From a virus (taxonomy: Duplodnaviria > Caudoviricetes), in IMG/VR virus record IMGVR_UViG_3300046738_000007, positions 1 through 43,507 of that record: a DNA stretch of 43,507 nt. One strand, written 5' to 3'. The notes beneath the pieces were generated by a model. The model was given only the letters and a program-made list of their open reading frames with translations, was not told the DNA's origin and ran no database searches. Every line of letters begins with the position of its first letter. The first letter of the stretch is position 1. Below are positions 10,749 through 20,372 of this stretch, piece by piece. Made by a program: the position numbers and the translations under genes.

Positions 10749-11596
10749 CCAGCCCGCAGCAGACCGACTCGGATTACGACGACGCATACCAGCTACTCGC
10801 GGCGAAGCTGCACGAGTGGGGTATCGATGATCTCGACGAGACCAGCCGCAAGATTCTCACCGAAGGGTATTCGCCTGACGTGGCGCTGCTGCGCCTACAG
10901 GACACCCCGCAGTACCAAAAGCGGTTTGCCGCGAATAAGGAACGTTTGAAGAAGGGGCTGCCGGTTCTCAGCCCGGCAGAGTATGTGAACACCGAGCGTG
11001 CGTATATCTCCAAGGCGCGAGAGTACGGTTTGCCCGAAGGGTTTTACGACGGGCAGGAAGACTTCCAGCGCTGGATCGCAGCCGACGTTTCCCCCGCCGA
11101 GTTCGAAGAGCGCGCGAGCGCAGCCAGTAAGGCATACATCAACGCCCCGCAAGACGTGAAGGAGCAGTGGGCGAACGTGTACGGGCTGACGCCTGGTGAC
11201 GCTGTCGCTGCGTTTCTCGACGAGAACAAAGCTATGGACATGATCAACCGTCGCGTCGCCGCGGTCAACATTTCTACTGAGGCGCGCCGCGCATTCAACG
11301 ATCCGTACGCTATCGACCAGGTGCGCGCGGGCGAGCTCGCAGACAAGGGCGTTTCCCAGCAGGACGCGCAGCGCGGTTTTCAGGATGTGGCCGGCAGGTT
11401 CGAACGAGACGCCTACCTCGGTCGTCTGGCAGGTGAAGCGTTCACCCGGACCGAGGCGGAAGACGAAGTCCTGCTTGGAGACTCGGGCGCCAAGGCTGAG
11501 CGCGACAGGATTTACAACGCAGAGCGCGGGCGGTTTAACGAGAACTTCCTGGGCACAACCAGCGCGGGCGTTGCCCGTAGCGGAGGACAGTTTTAA
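10745..11596 (+). CDS. putative internal virion protein
   Basis: GTGA overlap start at 10745; LSPAEYVNTERAY...YGLPEGFYD motif. Confidence 0.55.
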   Translation: MTSPQQTDSDYDDAYQLLAAKLHEWGIDDLDETSRKILTEGYSPDVALLRLQDTPQYQKRFAANKERLKKGLPVLSPAEYVNTERAYISKAREYGLPEGFYDGQEDFQRWIAADVSPAEFEERASAASKAYINAPQDVKEQWANVYGLTPGDAVAAFLDENKAMDMINRRVAAVNISTEARRAFNDPYAIDQVRAGELADKGVSQQDAQRGFQDVAGRFERDAYLGRLAGEAFTRTEAEDEVLLGDSGAKAERDRIYNAERGRFNENFLGTTSAGVARSGGQF

Positions 11597-12234
11597 TGAG
11601 TAGTATTCCTGTTGTAGCGGTCGGCACCGCGACCTCGCTACCGCCTGTGCGCCTGGTCTTGGCCGAGGGTGACGTATTCGATATGCCGAACGTGTACGAC
11701 CCTCCGTCTTATTCGGCGGCGCAGGCAGGCAACCTGGAGACTATCCCCCGGTTCGGTCACGTCGGTTCCCCGGCAGTGTCAGGCCAAGCCTGGTTTGTGT
11801 ACTTTAACCCGCAGGCTGATATCACGATCGCCACGCTTGGTGCATCGTTCGCTGATGTGGCATCGGCCACCCCGACTCTGTCCCGGCTGGGTTTGTACAC
11901 CGCGTCTGCTAACGACTCGCTCACGCTGGTTGCCCGCACAGCTAACACCACCTCGCTGGGTAGCGTCACGTTCTCTGACGTCGAGCTTGCGCTAGCGACC
12001 ACGGGTGGGTACCCGGCTAGCTACACGCTGACGAAGGGCACGCGGTACGCGATCGGATACCTAGGCGTTGCGGCTACCGCCGCTAGTCTGCGGGTTGCTG
12101 GTGTTACTAACGCGTCGCTCGCGCCTGTGTTGTGCCGCCGGATTACCGGGCAGGCTGACCTGGCCACCTCGTACGCAGTCGGCACACTGACCACGCATTA
12201 CGACGTTCCGTACTTCTACGCCACTGGTGTGTAA
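11596..12234 (+). CDS. minor structural/fibre protein
   Basis: 212 aa, Thr/Ala/Val-rich beta-type composition; coupled starts. Confidence 0.55.
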   Translation: MSSIPVVAVGTATSLPPVRLVLAEGDVFDMPNVYDPPSYSAAQAGNLETIPRFGHVGSPAVSGQAWFVYFNPQADITIATLGASFADVASATPTLSRLGLYTASANDSLTLVARTANTTSLGSVTFSDVELALATTGGYPASYTLTKGTRYAIGYLGVAATAASLRVAGVTNASLAPVLCRRITGQADLATSYAVGTLTTHYDVPYFYATGV

Positions 12235-14225
12235 TGGCTAACCCTACCTACATCGACTCTAACACCGGGTTCGCTGCCGCTCTCTCCCAGACTATGTCGG
12301 CGACGATCGACTGGACTCCGGTCAGCGGCAACTTGTTGGTGTTCGCTGTTGGGGGGGATAAGGATCTAGGGACGCTGACGCTGACCGGGTGGAGTACGCC
12401 GGTCAACCTGAGGTCGACGTCTGTTTCCCTTATCATCGCGTACAAGACGTCCGACGGAACCGAGACTGCCGTCTCTGGAACTGTTACCGGCGCCAACACC
12501 GCCGGGTCCAACACCTGGGTTGCTGAGTACGCGCAGACAGGCGCGGGTGCGTGGGGCTTGCGCGGTACTGCCGGCACGCACAACACCGACGAATCAAACG
12601 TCAGCGCGTGGGATACCGGAACGACCGGAACGCTTGACGGCGACGCTGTCGCTATCGGTGCGTGGGCTATCGACTCGGTCAACACCGCCGGAACGCCTGC
12701 GTACACTAACGGGTACACCCAGGTTCGCGTCACAGGCAACGGGTCAGGCCAAGCCGGGTTGTGGGTTGCGCACCTGCTGACGGCCAGCTCGGGCAACACG
12801 TACACCGAGACGCTCACGCTCACAGGCCGCACGCCTACCGACCAGATGTCCGGCGGGATCGTCGCGCTTGGTCGCAATCCTGGTGGCGCGGCTGTCGCGC
12901 CGTCGTCGATCACCAGCACTGAAGCGTTCGGCACGACTGTCGTCAGTCAGGCTGTAGTCGGTACCGGCGTAGCCGGCGACGAGGCGTTCGGTACTGCAAC
13001 TGTCGCGCGTGGGGCGACTATTGAAGCGTCGGGCATCACGTCCGCCGAAGCGGTAGGCAGCCACGTAGTCGTCACCACGCAGATCCTGACCCTGACTGGT
13101 GTCGTCACCGCCGAAGGTTTCGGATCCCACACAGTCACGATGGGCATCACGGTAGCCCCGGCTGGTGCTGCTAGCGCGGAGACGTTCGGTTCGGCACAGC
13201 TCCACTCCTCGCCGTTCACCGTCCAGGCTGACAACCATTTCATCCCGGGCGGAACGCTCACGTTCGATGCACCGCTACCTAACACGACTGCGCACGCAGG
13301 TAACGCTATCGTGTTCGTGCTGGTCGGCGACAAGAACATCGGCACGCTGACACTTAACGGCCTGGGCTGGAACGTTCCCGTCAACTTGCGGTCGACCTCG
13401 CTGTCGCTCGTGATCGCGTGGCGTGAAGCGGTAGGAGGCGAAGCCGGCGCGGACGGCTCGTTCACCACAGGCAACCCGGGCGGGTCTCAGATCTACATCT
13501 CCGAGATTGACTCGGACGACCCCGGAGTCTGGGCCCTTAAGGCTTCCGCCTCGAACAACACCAACGAAACCAACGTGACGGCCTGGTCGACAGGTACGTC
13601 TGGTGTCGCGGTTGGTGACGGCAAAGTTATCGCTGCGTTTGGTGTGGACTCGTTCAAGTCGGACACGATCGACACGTTCTCGAACGGGTTCACCACGCTG
13701 TTTGCGCAGTCGACTGGTGATGCCGAGACCGGTATGTGGGTGGCGCAGCACGGCGCTGTGACAGGTGTGGCCTACGAGTCCACGCTGACGCGGACAGTGT
13801 TCGTCGACCCGGTAGTCGCAGACCAGATGTCGGCAGCCCTGATCATCCTGGGCAAAGCGTTCGTGCAGGATCTTGCGCCGGTAGGTATCGAGCCTGGCGA
13901 GGCGTTTGGCGTCACGGTTATCCCGGGCCCGCTAGAGCCTGGTGGTATCGCGAGTGCCGAAGCGTTCGGGTCGCTGACTATCGCAGTCGGCGCACTCATC
14001 ATAGTCCCGGTCGGGGTCGGGTCCGGGGAGGGGCTGGGTACGCCTGTCCTCTCCTCGGGCTTTGTCATCCAGGCTATCGGCGTAGTCAGCTCGGAAGCTT
14101 TCGGAACCCACGTCGTCGCGATCGGTGCCCGCAAGTTTTGGCTAGGGGGGGTGCACGTCGAAGCCGTCAAACTTGGTGGTCAGACGGTTACTGCTGGATA
14201 CGTAGGCGCCGCGCTCGTCTGGTAG
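12234..14225 (+). CDS. fibre protein with an internally duplicated domain and EAFG repeats
   Basis: 663 aa; two copies of a ~200-aa domain (GDKxxGTLTL...PVNLRSTS...DQMS); nine GxxSxEAFG-like repeats. Confidence 0.65.
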   Translation: MANPTYIDSNTGFAAALSQTMSATIDWTPVSGNLLVFAVGGDKDLGTLTLTGWSTPVNLRSTSVSLIIAYKTSDGTETAVSGTVTGANTAGSNTWVAEYAQTGAGAWGLRGTAGTHNTDESNVSAWDTGTTGTLDGDAVAIGAWAIDSVNTAGTPAYTNGYTQVRVTGNGSGQAGLWVAHLLTASSGNTYTETLTLTGRTPTDQMSGGIVALGRNPGGAAVAPSSITSTEAFGTTVVSQAVVGTGVAGDEAFGTATVARGATIEASGITSAEAVGSHVVVTTQILTLTGVVTAEGFGSHTVTMGITVAPAGAASAETFGSAQLHSSPFTVQADNHFIPGGTLTFDAPLPNTTAHAGNAIVFVLVGDKNIGTLTLNGLGWNVPVNLRSTSLSLVIAWREAVGGEAGADGSFTTGNPGGSQIYISEIDSDDPGVWALKASASNNTNETNVTAWSTGTSGVAVGDGKVIAAFGVDSFKSDTIDTFSNGFTTLFAQSTGDAETGMWVAQHGAVTGVAYESTLTRTVFVDPVVADQMSAALIILGKAFVQDLAPVGIEPGEAFGVTVIPGPLEPGGIASAEAFGSLTIAVGALIIVPVGVGSGEGLGTPVLSSGFVIQAIGVVSSEAFGTHVVAIGARKFWLGGVHVEAVKLGGQTVTAGYVGAALVW

Positions 14226-14379
14226 GGGGTGCGGAATCCCCCACGTTTTATAGTAAAGCCACCTTGAGTAGATGTTTACCGAGCCTGCTCAAGCGTAACG
14301 GAATCGGTCACGGTATCCGCACAGGAATCCCCCTCAGCCTGTGTGCGTCCGCCGAGGGTGCGAAGGAAGCAGAACTAAA
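14226..14379 (+). promoter_or_regulatory. terminator-like hairpin, candidate late promoter and structured leader of scaffold/capsid genes
   Basis: GGGGG/CCCCC hairpin followed by a T-tract; TATAGT at 14249-14254; stems CTTGAGTAG/CTGCTCAAG and CGCACAGG/CCTGTGTG; SD AAGGAAG. Confidence 0.5.
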
Positions 14380-14892
14380 TTGTCTAACGAGTTTCTTGCC
14401 GACGGTCAGGAAGATGTGACTAGTGGGCAGGAGTCCGGCACCGCCCTGCGCAAGTTCGCTAACGAGCAGAAGAAGCTAGCGGAAGAGCGCGCGGCTGAGC
14501 TGGCAGAGCTTAAGGCACAGTTCGCCAAGATTCAGGCAGGCGAGATCTTCACCAAGCTTGGTGTTCCCGACAAGGTCCGGAAGTTTTATTCCGGGGAGCC
14601 TACCGAGGATGCTATCAAGAGTTGGGTGACAGAGAACGCGGACGTTTTCGGTATTGAGGTTGGCGCAGAGACCGCCACGCAGACCGAGGACCAGGCGGTA
14701 CAGCATGCCCAGCTTGGCGCAGTCCAGCAGGCTCAGCAGCTTGGTGCGGATCGCGATACGTCGTGGACTCGGGAAGGCATGGCGCAGAAGCGCGCAGGTC
14801 TGCTTGCTAATGGCAACTCCCTCGCCGACCTTAATGCTGTCCTCGCTGAGATGGGCGTTCCTAACGTCCCGATTCAGGGCGGCATGATGTGA
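14380..14892 (+). CDS. capsid scaffolding protein
   Basis: TTG start after SD; coiled-coil LRKFANEQKKLAEERAAELAEL; immediately upstream of the major capsid gene. Confidence 0.75.
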   Translation: MSNEFLADGQEDVTSGQESGTALRKFANEQKKLAEERAAELAELKAQFAKIQAGEIFTKLGVPDKVRKFYSGEPTEDAIKSWVTENADVFGIEVGAETATQTEDQAVQHAQLGAVQQAQQLGADRDTSWTREGMAQKRAGLLANGNSLADLNAVLAEMGVPNVPIQGGMM

Positions 14893-14913
14893 TTCCGAAT
14901 GGACTAACCCCTC

Positions 14914-15873
14914 ATGGCTATTGTTAATACCACTAACTGGAGCGAGTATGTCGAGGAGGCTTTCGACACTACTGTCGCTTGGTTCCTGCGTGACATGCCG
15001 ATGTTCCGCCAGATCGTTGACAAGCACCCTGTCTCGCAGGCGATGCCCGGTTCTCCGATCACCCTGACTATTGACGGTGAGCTGCCGCTCGCTACCACCC
15101 CGCTGTCCGAGGCGTACGACGTTGACTCGGTTGCGATGCCCGATCCGCGGCGCGTGCAGGTCACCCCGAACGAGTACGGCAACTCCACGATCCACACTCT
15201 CAAGCTGACCAAGCAGGATTTCACGCAGGCTACTGTCCGGCGTATTTCCCAGTCGCTGGCGTTCAACCAGGCTGACTCGATCGATCAGCTCATCAAGACG
15301 ATTATCGATGCCGGGTCGAACGTGATTCACACCACCGAGGCTGCCGGCCCGGGTACCGCGACTGGCCCTGCTGATGAGCCGTTCAACGCCTGGACCGCTG
15401 CGGCTGCTGTCTCGCTGCTCCGTGGTCGCAAGGCTCAGGGTCGCGAAGGCGACATGTACATGGCGTACATCCACCCGGATGTTGCCTACGACCTGCGCCT
15501 TTCCTCGGGCACTCAGTCGTGGCGTGCGCCGCACGAGTACGTGGACACCAGCAACATTTACTCCGGCGAGGTTGGCGCTTTCCACGGCGCCCGCTACGTC
15601 GAGACCAACCGTTGCACTGTGACCGCGGGAACCCCCGACCTGTACAAGACGTACTTTTTCGGGCGTGAGGTTCTGCTTGAGGCCAACGTCGTCGAGCCGC
15701 ACACTGTTGTGGGCCCGGTTGTCGATAAGCTGAAGCGTTTTTATCCGATTGGTTGGTACGCCTTCCTCGGGTGGACGCTGTACCGCCAGAACGCACTCCA
15801 GCTCGTTTCTTCGGAGTCCAGCCTGGAGACCTCCGGCCTGGTGGATCACACCACCTACGACCCGAAGGCGTAA
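14914..15873 (+). CDS. major capsid protein (N4-gp56-like family)
   Basis: 319 aa; NEYGN, YMAYIHPDVAYDLR, GEVGAFHGARYVET and DKLKRFYPIGWY motifs. Confidence 0.85.
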   Translation: MAIVNTTNWSEYVEEAFDTTVAWFLRDMPMFRQIVDKHPVSQAMPGSPITLTIDGELPLATTPLSEAYDVDSVAMPDPRRVQVTPNEYGNSTIHTLKLTKQDFTQATVRRISQSLAFNQADSIDQLIKTIIDAGSNVIHTTEAAGPGTATGPADEPFNAWTAAAAVSLLRGRKAQGREGDMYMAYIHPDVAYDLRLSSGTQSWRAPHEYVDTSNIYSGEVGAFHGARYVETNRCTVTAGTPDLYKTYFFGREVLLEANVVEPHTVVGPVVDKLKRFYPIGWYAFLGWTLYRQNALQLVSSESSLETSGLVDHTTYDPKA

Positions 15874-15960
15874 GGCGTAGCTGGGGGCGGGGTGTTATCA
15901 CCTTAAATCCGCGCGGGCCGCCCCCGGCTCGATCACCCCTCTTTCTCTAAGGACTGAATA

Positions 15961-16368
15961 ATGGCTAACGCTCTTTACGGCAAGGGCCGTGAGAAGTTTC
16001 TGAATGCGGATATCGACTGGGCTGCCGACAACATCAAGGTTGTTTTGGTCGACGTCGCCGACTACACCGTTAGTATCGACACCCACGAGTTTCTGAGCGA
16101 TGTTGGCGCGGGTGCGCGCGTCGCTACTTCCGCCAACCTGGGCACCAAGACCAGCACGCTTGGTGTTGCTGATGCTGCGGACGTGACCCTGTCTGCGGTT
16201 ACTGGCGACCAGTCCGAGGCGCTTGTCATCTATAAGGACACCGGCTCTGCTGCCACTTCTCCGCTGATTGCGTACATTGATACCGCGACTGGTCTGCCAG
16301 TGACCCCGAATGGCGCGGACATCACGATCACGTGGGACAACGGAAGCAACAAGATCTTTAAGCTGTAA
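15961..16368 (+). CDS. small structural (fibre-associated) protein
   Basis: 135 aa MANALYGKGREKFL...PVTPNGADITITW..NKIFKL; a common phage family found before repeat-rich fibre genes. Confidence 0.6.
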   Translation: MANALYGKGREKFLNADIDWAADNIKVVLVDVADYTVSIDTHEFLSDVGAGARVATSANLGTKTSTLGVADAADVTLSAVTGDQSEALVIYKDTGSAATSPLIAYIDTATGLPVTPNGADITITWDNGSNKIFKL

Positions 16369-16399
16369 GGAGTAGTCCTCTAGTCTAGGAGGGCTAGCC

Positions 16400-18577
16400 G
16401 TGGCTGAGGCAGGTGTTACCCAGGGGTGGGGAACCCCGATTTACCAAACCGAATTCCCCGAGACGGGGAACCCCAACCCCACGTGGTGGAGCCGCTACGA
16501 CGGGCCTGGCCACAACGGCAACGGCACGCGCGACCCGGAACGCATCCAGGTAGCTAACGGCGTGATGACCCTAACGGGTCTAGCCAACGGTTCTACTGGC
16601 GGTATGGCTCACGAGCTGGGCCAGCAGTACGGCCGGTGGGAAGTGCGCATGCGTGCGTACTCGACTGGTCCGTCCGGTTCGCAGTACCACCCTGTCCTGA
16701 TTGTCTGGCCTGACTCGGATGATTGGCCCGAAGACGGCGAGTACGATTTCCTGGAAAGCGACATCGGGGACACCCAGGCTGGTGCCTGGATCCACTACCC
16801 GCACAACCCGGGCGCAGTCCAGCAGGTAGGGCCCAACTCGAAGACTGTCTCCGGTGGTATCGCCGAGTGGCACAACTACGCTATCGACTGGCAGCCGACT
16901 GGCATCACTTGCTACATCGACGGTGCGTACTGGTTCGGCCCGCTCTCGGGCGGCGCTAACTCGTCGCGTCGCAACATTCAGGCGATGCCGTCTGGCCACC
17001 TCACGATTCAGCTTGACGGGTTTCACGGCGACTCAGGCTACCGGCCCGCTAAGATGGATATCGAGTGGGTCAAGATTTACGACAACGCTACGTCTGGTGG
17101 CGGTAGCAACGCTATCACCGGCGCTGGTGGTATTGCTGCGCCCGCGTTCCTGCCGCCTGCGCCTTTTGTCGGCAACCGCTTCCGGATGTACCTGACGAAC
17201 ACAGCTGCGGAAGCTGAGCCTACGCCGCACACAACGTGGGAACAGGCTAGCGGGTACGTAAAGCGCAAGCTGGATCTCGTGAGGGCCGGGGCCAACACCT
17301 CGGTTGCTATCGCCGAGACCAGCGTCACAGCGAATTATGATGTTCTGCTGGGCCAGTGGGTTTCGCGGCCGATGACATCAGCGGGCACGCTTAAAGGCCC
17401 GTACACTATCGTCACCTCGATCTCCGAATCAGACCTTGCCGCAGACTTCCAGCGCGCGGGCACAGTCCGGGTGGTCTCGGGTGACGGGTCGACTGTCCGC
17501 GGGGTTTTCACCTCGTGGTACCAGAGCGCAGAGCTGACGACCACCGGCCAGGGTTACGCGACGGTCAACTCTGCCGGGCCGGACGTGGCCTGTCAGGTTG
17601 GCGACCGCCTAGTCGTCGAGCTGGGATACAAGTCGACTAACGCAGTAGCCACTAGCTACACGGGCACACTGCGATACGGCGGCACCGCTGGTGATGTCGA
17701 GCACCTAGACACTACTGGTCTCACAACCAACTCCCCGCACATTGCGTTTCCTGACCCGGCTGTCGAGCGGCTGTTCCGTGGTCAGATAGTCGCTGCCGTC
17801 TCGGTCGGATCGTCGGAGGCGTTCGGCACCGCGGTAGTCACGCAGCCCCCGGTACTGGACCTCGGGCCCTCGGGTATCGCGTCCGCGCAAGCTGTCGGGG
17901 CGCACACAGTCACCGCGCTTGCGTACGTTCTTCAGCCTGAGCAGTTCGGCGGGGAAACGTTCGGCACGCTGTCGGTCAACCAGTCGATCGTGGTGCCTAC
18001 AGGTATCCCGTCTGACGAGTCGGTGACCAGCCCTACCCGGGTGATCCGCACCGGCGATCTGTTCCCTGCTGGTATCGCATCTACTGAAGCTATCGGCGCT
18101 GTCGCCCTGCTGTACATCCAGGGAATTAACGTCGAAGGCATCTCGACTTTAGAAGCGTTCGGCGAAACTAACGTCGAAGACCCGAACCGTATAATTCGTC
18201 CGGCTGGTATCTCTAGCGCGGAAGCGTTCGGTGTGTTCGGCGGGGCTAGCCGGCTGCGCACGTTCAGTATCGACTCGGCGGAAGCGTTCGGGTACAAGCG
18301 CCTCGCGGTCAAGTGCGGGCGGTGGCGGCTTGTTCAGCCCACGCGTATCGAACGGCACCGCATCGGTGGCCCGTGGAACGTGTTGTACATCACGAACGTA
18401 ATCGGTCTAACTGTGTACGGGACAGGCCAGATCCTGCGCACACAAGAAAACCCGCGCGCTGACGACCTTACCGCTGCACAATACGTGTGGCAAGGCGGGC
18501 GGGATAACATTACAGAAGATCAGGCTATCCGGGATCTCTGGGTGGCGAATGGCTATTCCGTGGAGATGAGTTTCTGA
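16400..18577 (+). CDS. fibre/receptor-binding protein with GH16 glycoside hydrolase domain
   Basis: GH16 catalytic WP..GEYDFLE (ExDxxE), YGRWEVRMR and WHNYAIDW; C-terminal EAFG repeats. Confidence 0.75.
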   Translation: MAEAGVTQGWGTPIYQTEFPETGNPNPTWWSRYDGPGHNGNGTRDPERIQVANGVMTLTGLANGSTGGMAHELGQQYGRWEVRMRAYSTGPSGSQYHPVLIVWPDSDDWPEDGEYDFLESDIGDTQAGAWIHYPHNPGAVQQVGPNSKTVSGGIAEWHNYAIDWQPTGITCYIDGAYWFGPLSGGANSSRRNIQAMPSGHLTIQLDGFHGDSGYRPAKMDIEWVKIYDNATSGGGSNAITGAGGIAAPAFLPPAPFVGNRFRMYLTNTAAEAEPTPHTTWEQASGYVKRKLDLVRAGANTSVAIAETSVTANYDVLLGQWVSRPMTSAGTLKGPYTIVTSISESDLAADFQRAGTVRVVSGDGSTVRGVFTSWYQSAELTTTGQGYATVNSAGPDVACQVGDRLVVELGYKSTNAVATSYTGTLRYGGTAGDVEHLDTTGLTTNSPHIAFPDPAVERLFRGQIVAAVSVGSSEAFGTAVVTQPPVLDLGPSGIASAQAVGAHTVTALAYVLQPEQFGGETFGTLSVNQSIVVPTGIPSDESVTSPTRVIRTGDLFPAGIASTEAIGAVALLYIQGINVEGISTLEAFGETNVEDPNRIIRPAGISSAEAFGVFGGASRLRTFSIDSAEAFGYKRLAVKCGRWRLVQPTRIERHRIGGPWNVLYITNVIGLTVYGTGQILRTQENPRADDLTAAQYVWQGGRDNITEDQAIRDLWVANGYSVEMSF

Positions 18578-18963
18578 TGGCTTTCGATCGTTCGATCATG
18601 AAGGGTATGACGTTCGGGGAGCCGGTCACCCTGACCGACGCTGCGACTGTGGCAACTGATGCGAGTCTTGGTACCCGCTTCCTGCTCAGCACCGCTGCCG
18701 CCCGAACTATCGGTATCCCGACCAACCCGGTAGATGGCAAGCTGGTTATCTGGGAGATTAAGAACACCTCGGGTGGTGCGCTGACCCAGACCTTTACCTC
18801 TACCGCTGGTGGCCTGCTGCCGATGGAGACTGTGGAGGGTTCGCCTGTCGCGGACACCCCGGCTGCTATCCCGATCCCGGCTGGTGAGGTCGGCGTGGTC
18901 GTGGCGTACTACTCCGCCTCGCAGGGGTATTGGGTTCCGATCTCCATCAAGGCGTCGGTCTAA
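18577..18963 (+). CDS. minor structural protein
   Basis: 128 aa; VTLTDAATVATDAS motif; coupled start. Confidence 0.55.
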   Translation: MAFDRSIMKGMTFGEPVTLTDAATVATDASLGTRFLLSTAAARTIGIPTNPVDGKLVIWEIKNTSGGALTQTFTSTAGGLLPMETVEGSPVADTPAAIPIPAGEVGVVVAYYSASQGYWVPISIKASV

Positions 18964-18965
18964 GA

Positions 18966-19196
18966 ATGTGCCGGTCGGGTTGCCCTACTCAGGATCATGC
19001 ATCGTGGGGCGAATGCTTCAAGGCGTCTGGTGTTGAGTTTGGCGACCCGACCCAGCGCAAGCGTACGTCGCAATGGGATGGTGAGCTAGCTCGGTATCGC
19101 AAAGCGCGGGAGGTGGACGGGCTTAAGCCTTCAACGACTCGTAGCTCTGATATCGAGCTGGCTTACCGTATGGCAGACAAGGGCGTGTTCAGGTAA
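18966..19196 (+). CDS. small conserved actinophage protein
   Basis: MCRSGCPTQDHASWGEC...WDGELARYRKAR. Confidence 0.6.
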   Translation: MCRSGCPTQDHASWGECFKASGVEFGDPTQRKRTSQWDGELARYRKAREVDGLKPSTTRSSDIELAYRMADKGVFR

Positions 19197-19237
19197 TGAC
19201 CAGCAACTACGTACTGGTCATGGGGGTTGAAGACTAA
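19196..19237 (+). other. 42-nt hairpin / 13-aa mini-ORF cassette, copy 2 (MTSNYVLVMGVED)
   Basis: TAATG overlaps at both ends; stem TGACCAG/CTGGTCA with the same loop as copy 1. Confidence 0.7.
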
Positions 19238-20142
19238 TGCCAACATTCCGTGAGATGGTCGAGGAGGCGCGCGGTGTCCTTCACCAGTACACGACCAACC
19301 GGCCGGTCCTCGCTACGTTCACGGGATGGCAGGTAACCGGGACCGACATTACCGGCGTCAACCTTGCTGGTCTGTCCGGTCAGCAAAAGGTGGTTAACGC
19401 GTTCGTCGAGCTTGGGCACGAGCTCGTCTATGTTGCGGCGCACGACCCGGTAGCAGGCACGACTACCGCCCCGCCGTGGTTCAGGCAGCAGCAGGGATCC
19501 CCGGCCAACACCAGCTACCCTGCTAACAGCATGGCGGTAATCAACCCGCAGTGGCCGTGGCACCAGGTGGCTAAGCACGTTGCGACTGGTATCGGGAACA
19601 TGTACCCGTCGCTGTTCCAGGTGAAGAACACTACGATCGTGACGCAGACGCTGACCGAGCGGTACGAACTGCCCGACGACGTCGACGAAATCGTAGCGAT
19701 CAAGCACGAAGACAACCGACACCCTGCTTTGCCGCAGCGCGAGGTTTCCCGCTGGACCCTGGAGACCCGGGCAGGTGACGGTAACCGGTACCTTTTCATG
19801 GAGCAGGTGGGCGTTGCGGGACAGAATGTTTACATCACGTACAAGGCTTCCCCGACGATCCCGGCTATCACGACAGACGCCGACTGGTCCACTACCGGTC
19901 TCCCGGCTACCGCGTCGGACTTGCCCGTGTTGTGGGCAGTGGCGCAGATGCTCCCCTCCGCAGACGCGAGCAAGTCGCAGATCACTAGCGTAGAGCAGTC
20001 GGAGCGGAACAGGTTCGTGCAGCCTGGCGCAGCGAACGCGGCTAGTCGCAGGTACCAAGAGCTGTATATGGCACGGCTCGCCGAGGAGAAGCGGAAGCTT
20101 AACGATCAGTTCCCGCCCAGACTGCATCGGAATATGAACTGA
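19237..20142 (+). CDS. head-tail adaptor / tail tubular protein A-like
   Basis: 301 aa; position after capsid genes; ELVYV and GLPATASDLPVLWA motifs. Confidence 0.55.
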   Translation: MPTFREMVEEARGVLHQYTTNRPVLATFTGWQVTGTDITGVNLAGLSGQQKVVNAFVELGHELVYVAAHDPVAGTTTAPPWFRQQQGSPANTSYPANSMAVINPQWPWHQVAKHVATGIGNMYPSLFQVKNTTIVTQTLTERYELPDDVDEIVAIKHEDNRHPALPQREVSRWTLETRAGDGNRYLFMEQVGVAGQNVYITYKASPTIPAITTDADWSTTGLPATASDLPVLWAVAQMLPSADASKSQITSVEQSERNRFVQPGAANAASRRYQELYMARLAEEKRKLNDQFPPRLHRNMN

Positions 20143-20372
20143 TGAGCTTTGACAGCACGGTTATTCGTCCGCCTCTCGGCGACCTTTTGGAATTCACCCA
20201 GCTTGAGGATCGTGTTGCCGACCTGGAAGAGCAGGTGCCGGGACCTGTCCAGGATGAGCTTGACCAGAAGCCGGACTCCGCAAGTATCGACACGATCGTA
20301 ACCCTCACGCAGGCAGAGTATGACGCACTGACGCCTGACTCCCGAACTCTGTATATCGTGGTGGAAAGCTGA
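20142..20372 (+). CDS. small fibre adaptor protein
   Basis: C-terminal TLTQAEYDALTPDSRTLYIV motif typical of phage fibre joints. Confidence 0.6.
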   Translation: MSFDSTVIRPPLGDLLEFTQLEDRVADLEEQVPGPVQDELDQKPDSASIDTIVTLTQAEYDALTPDSRTLYIVVES

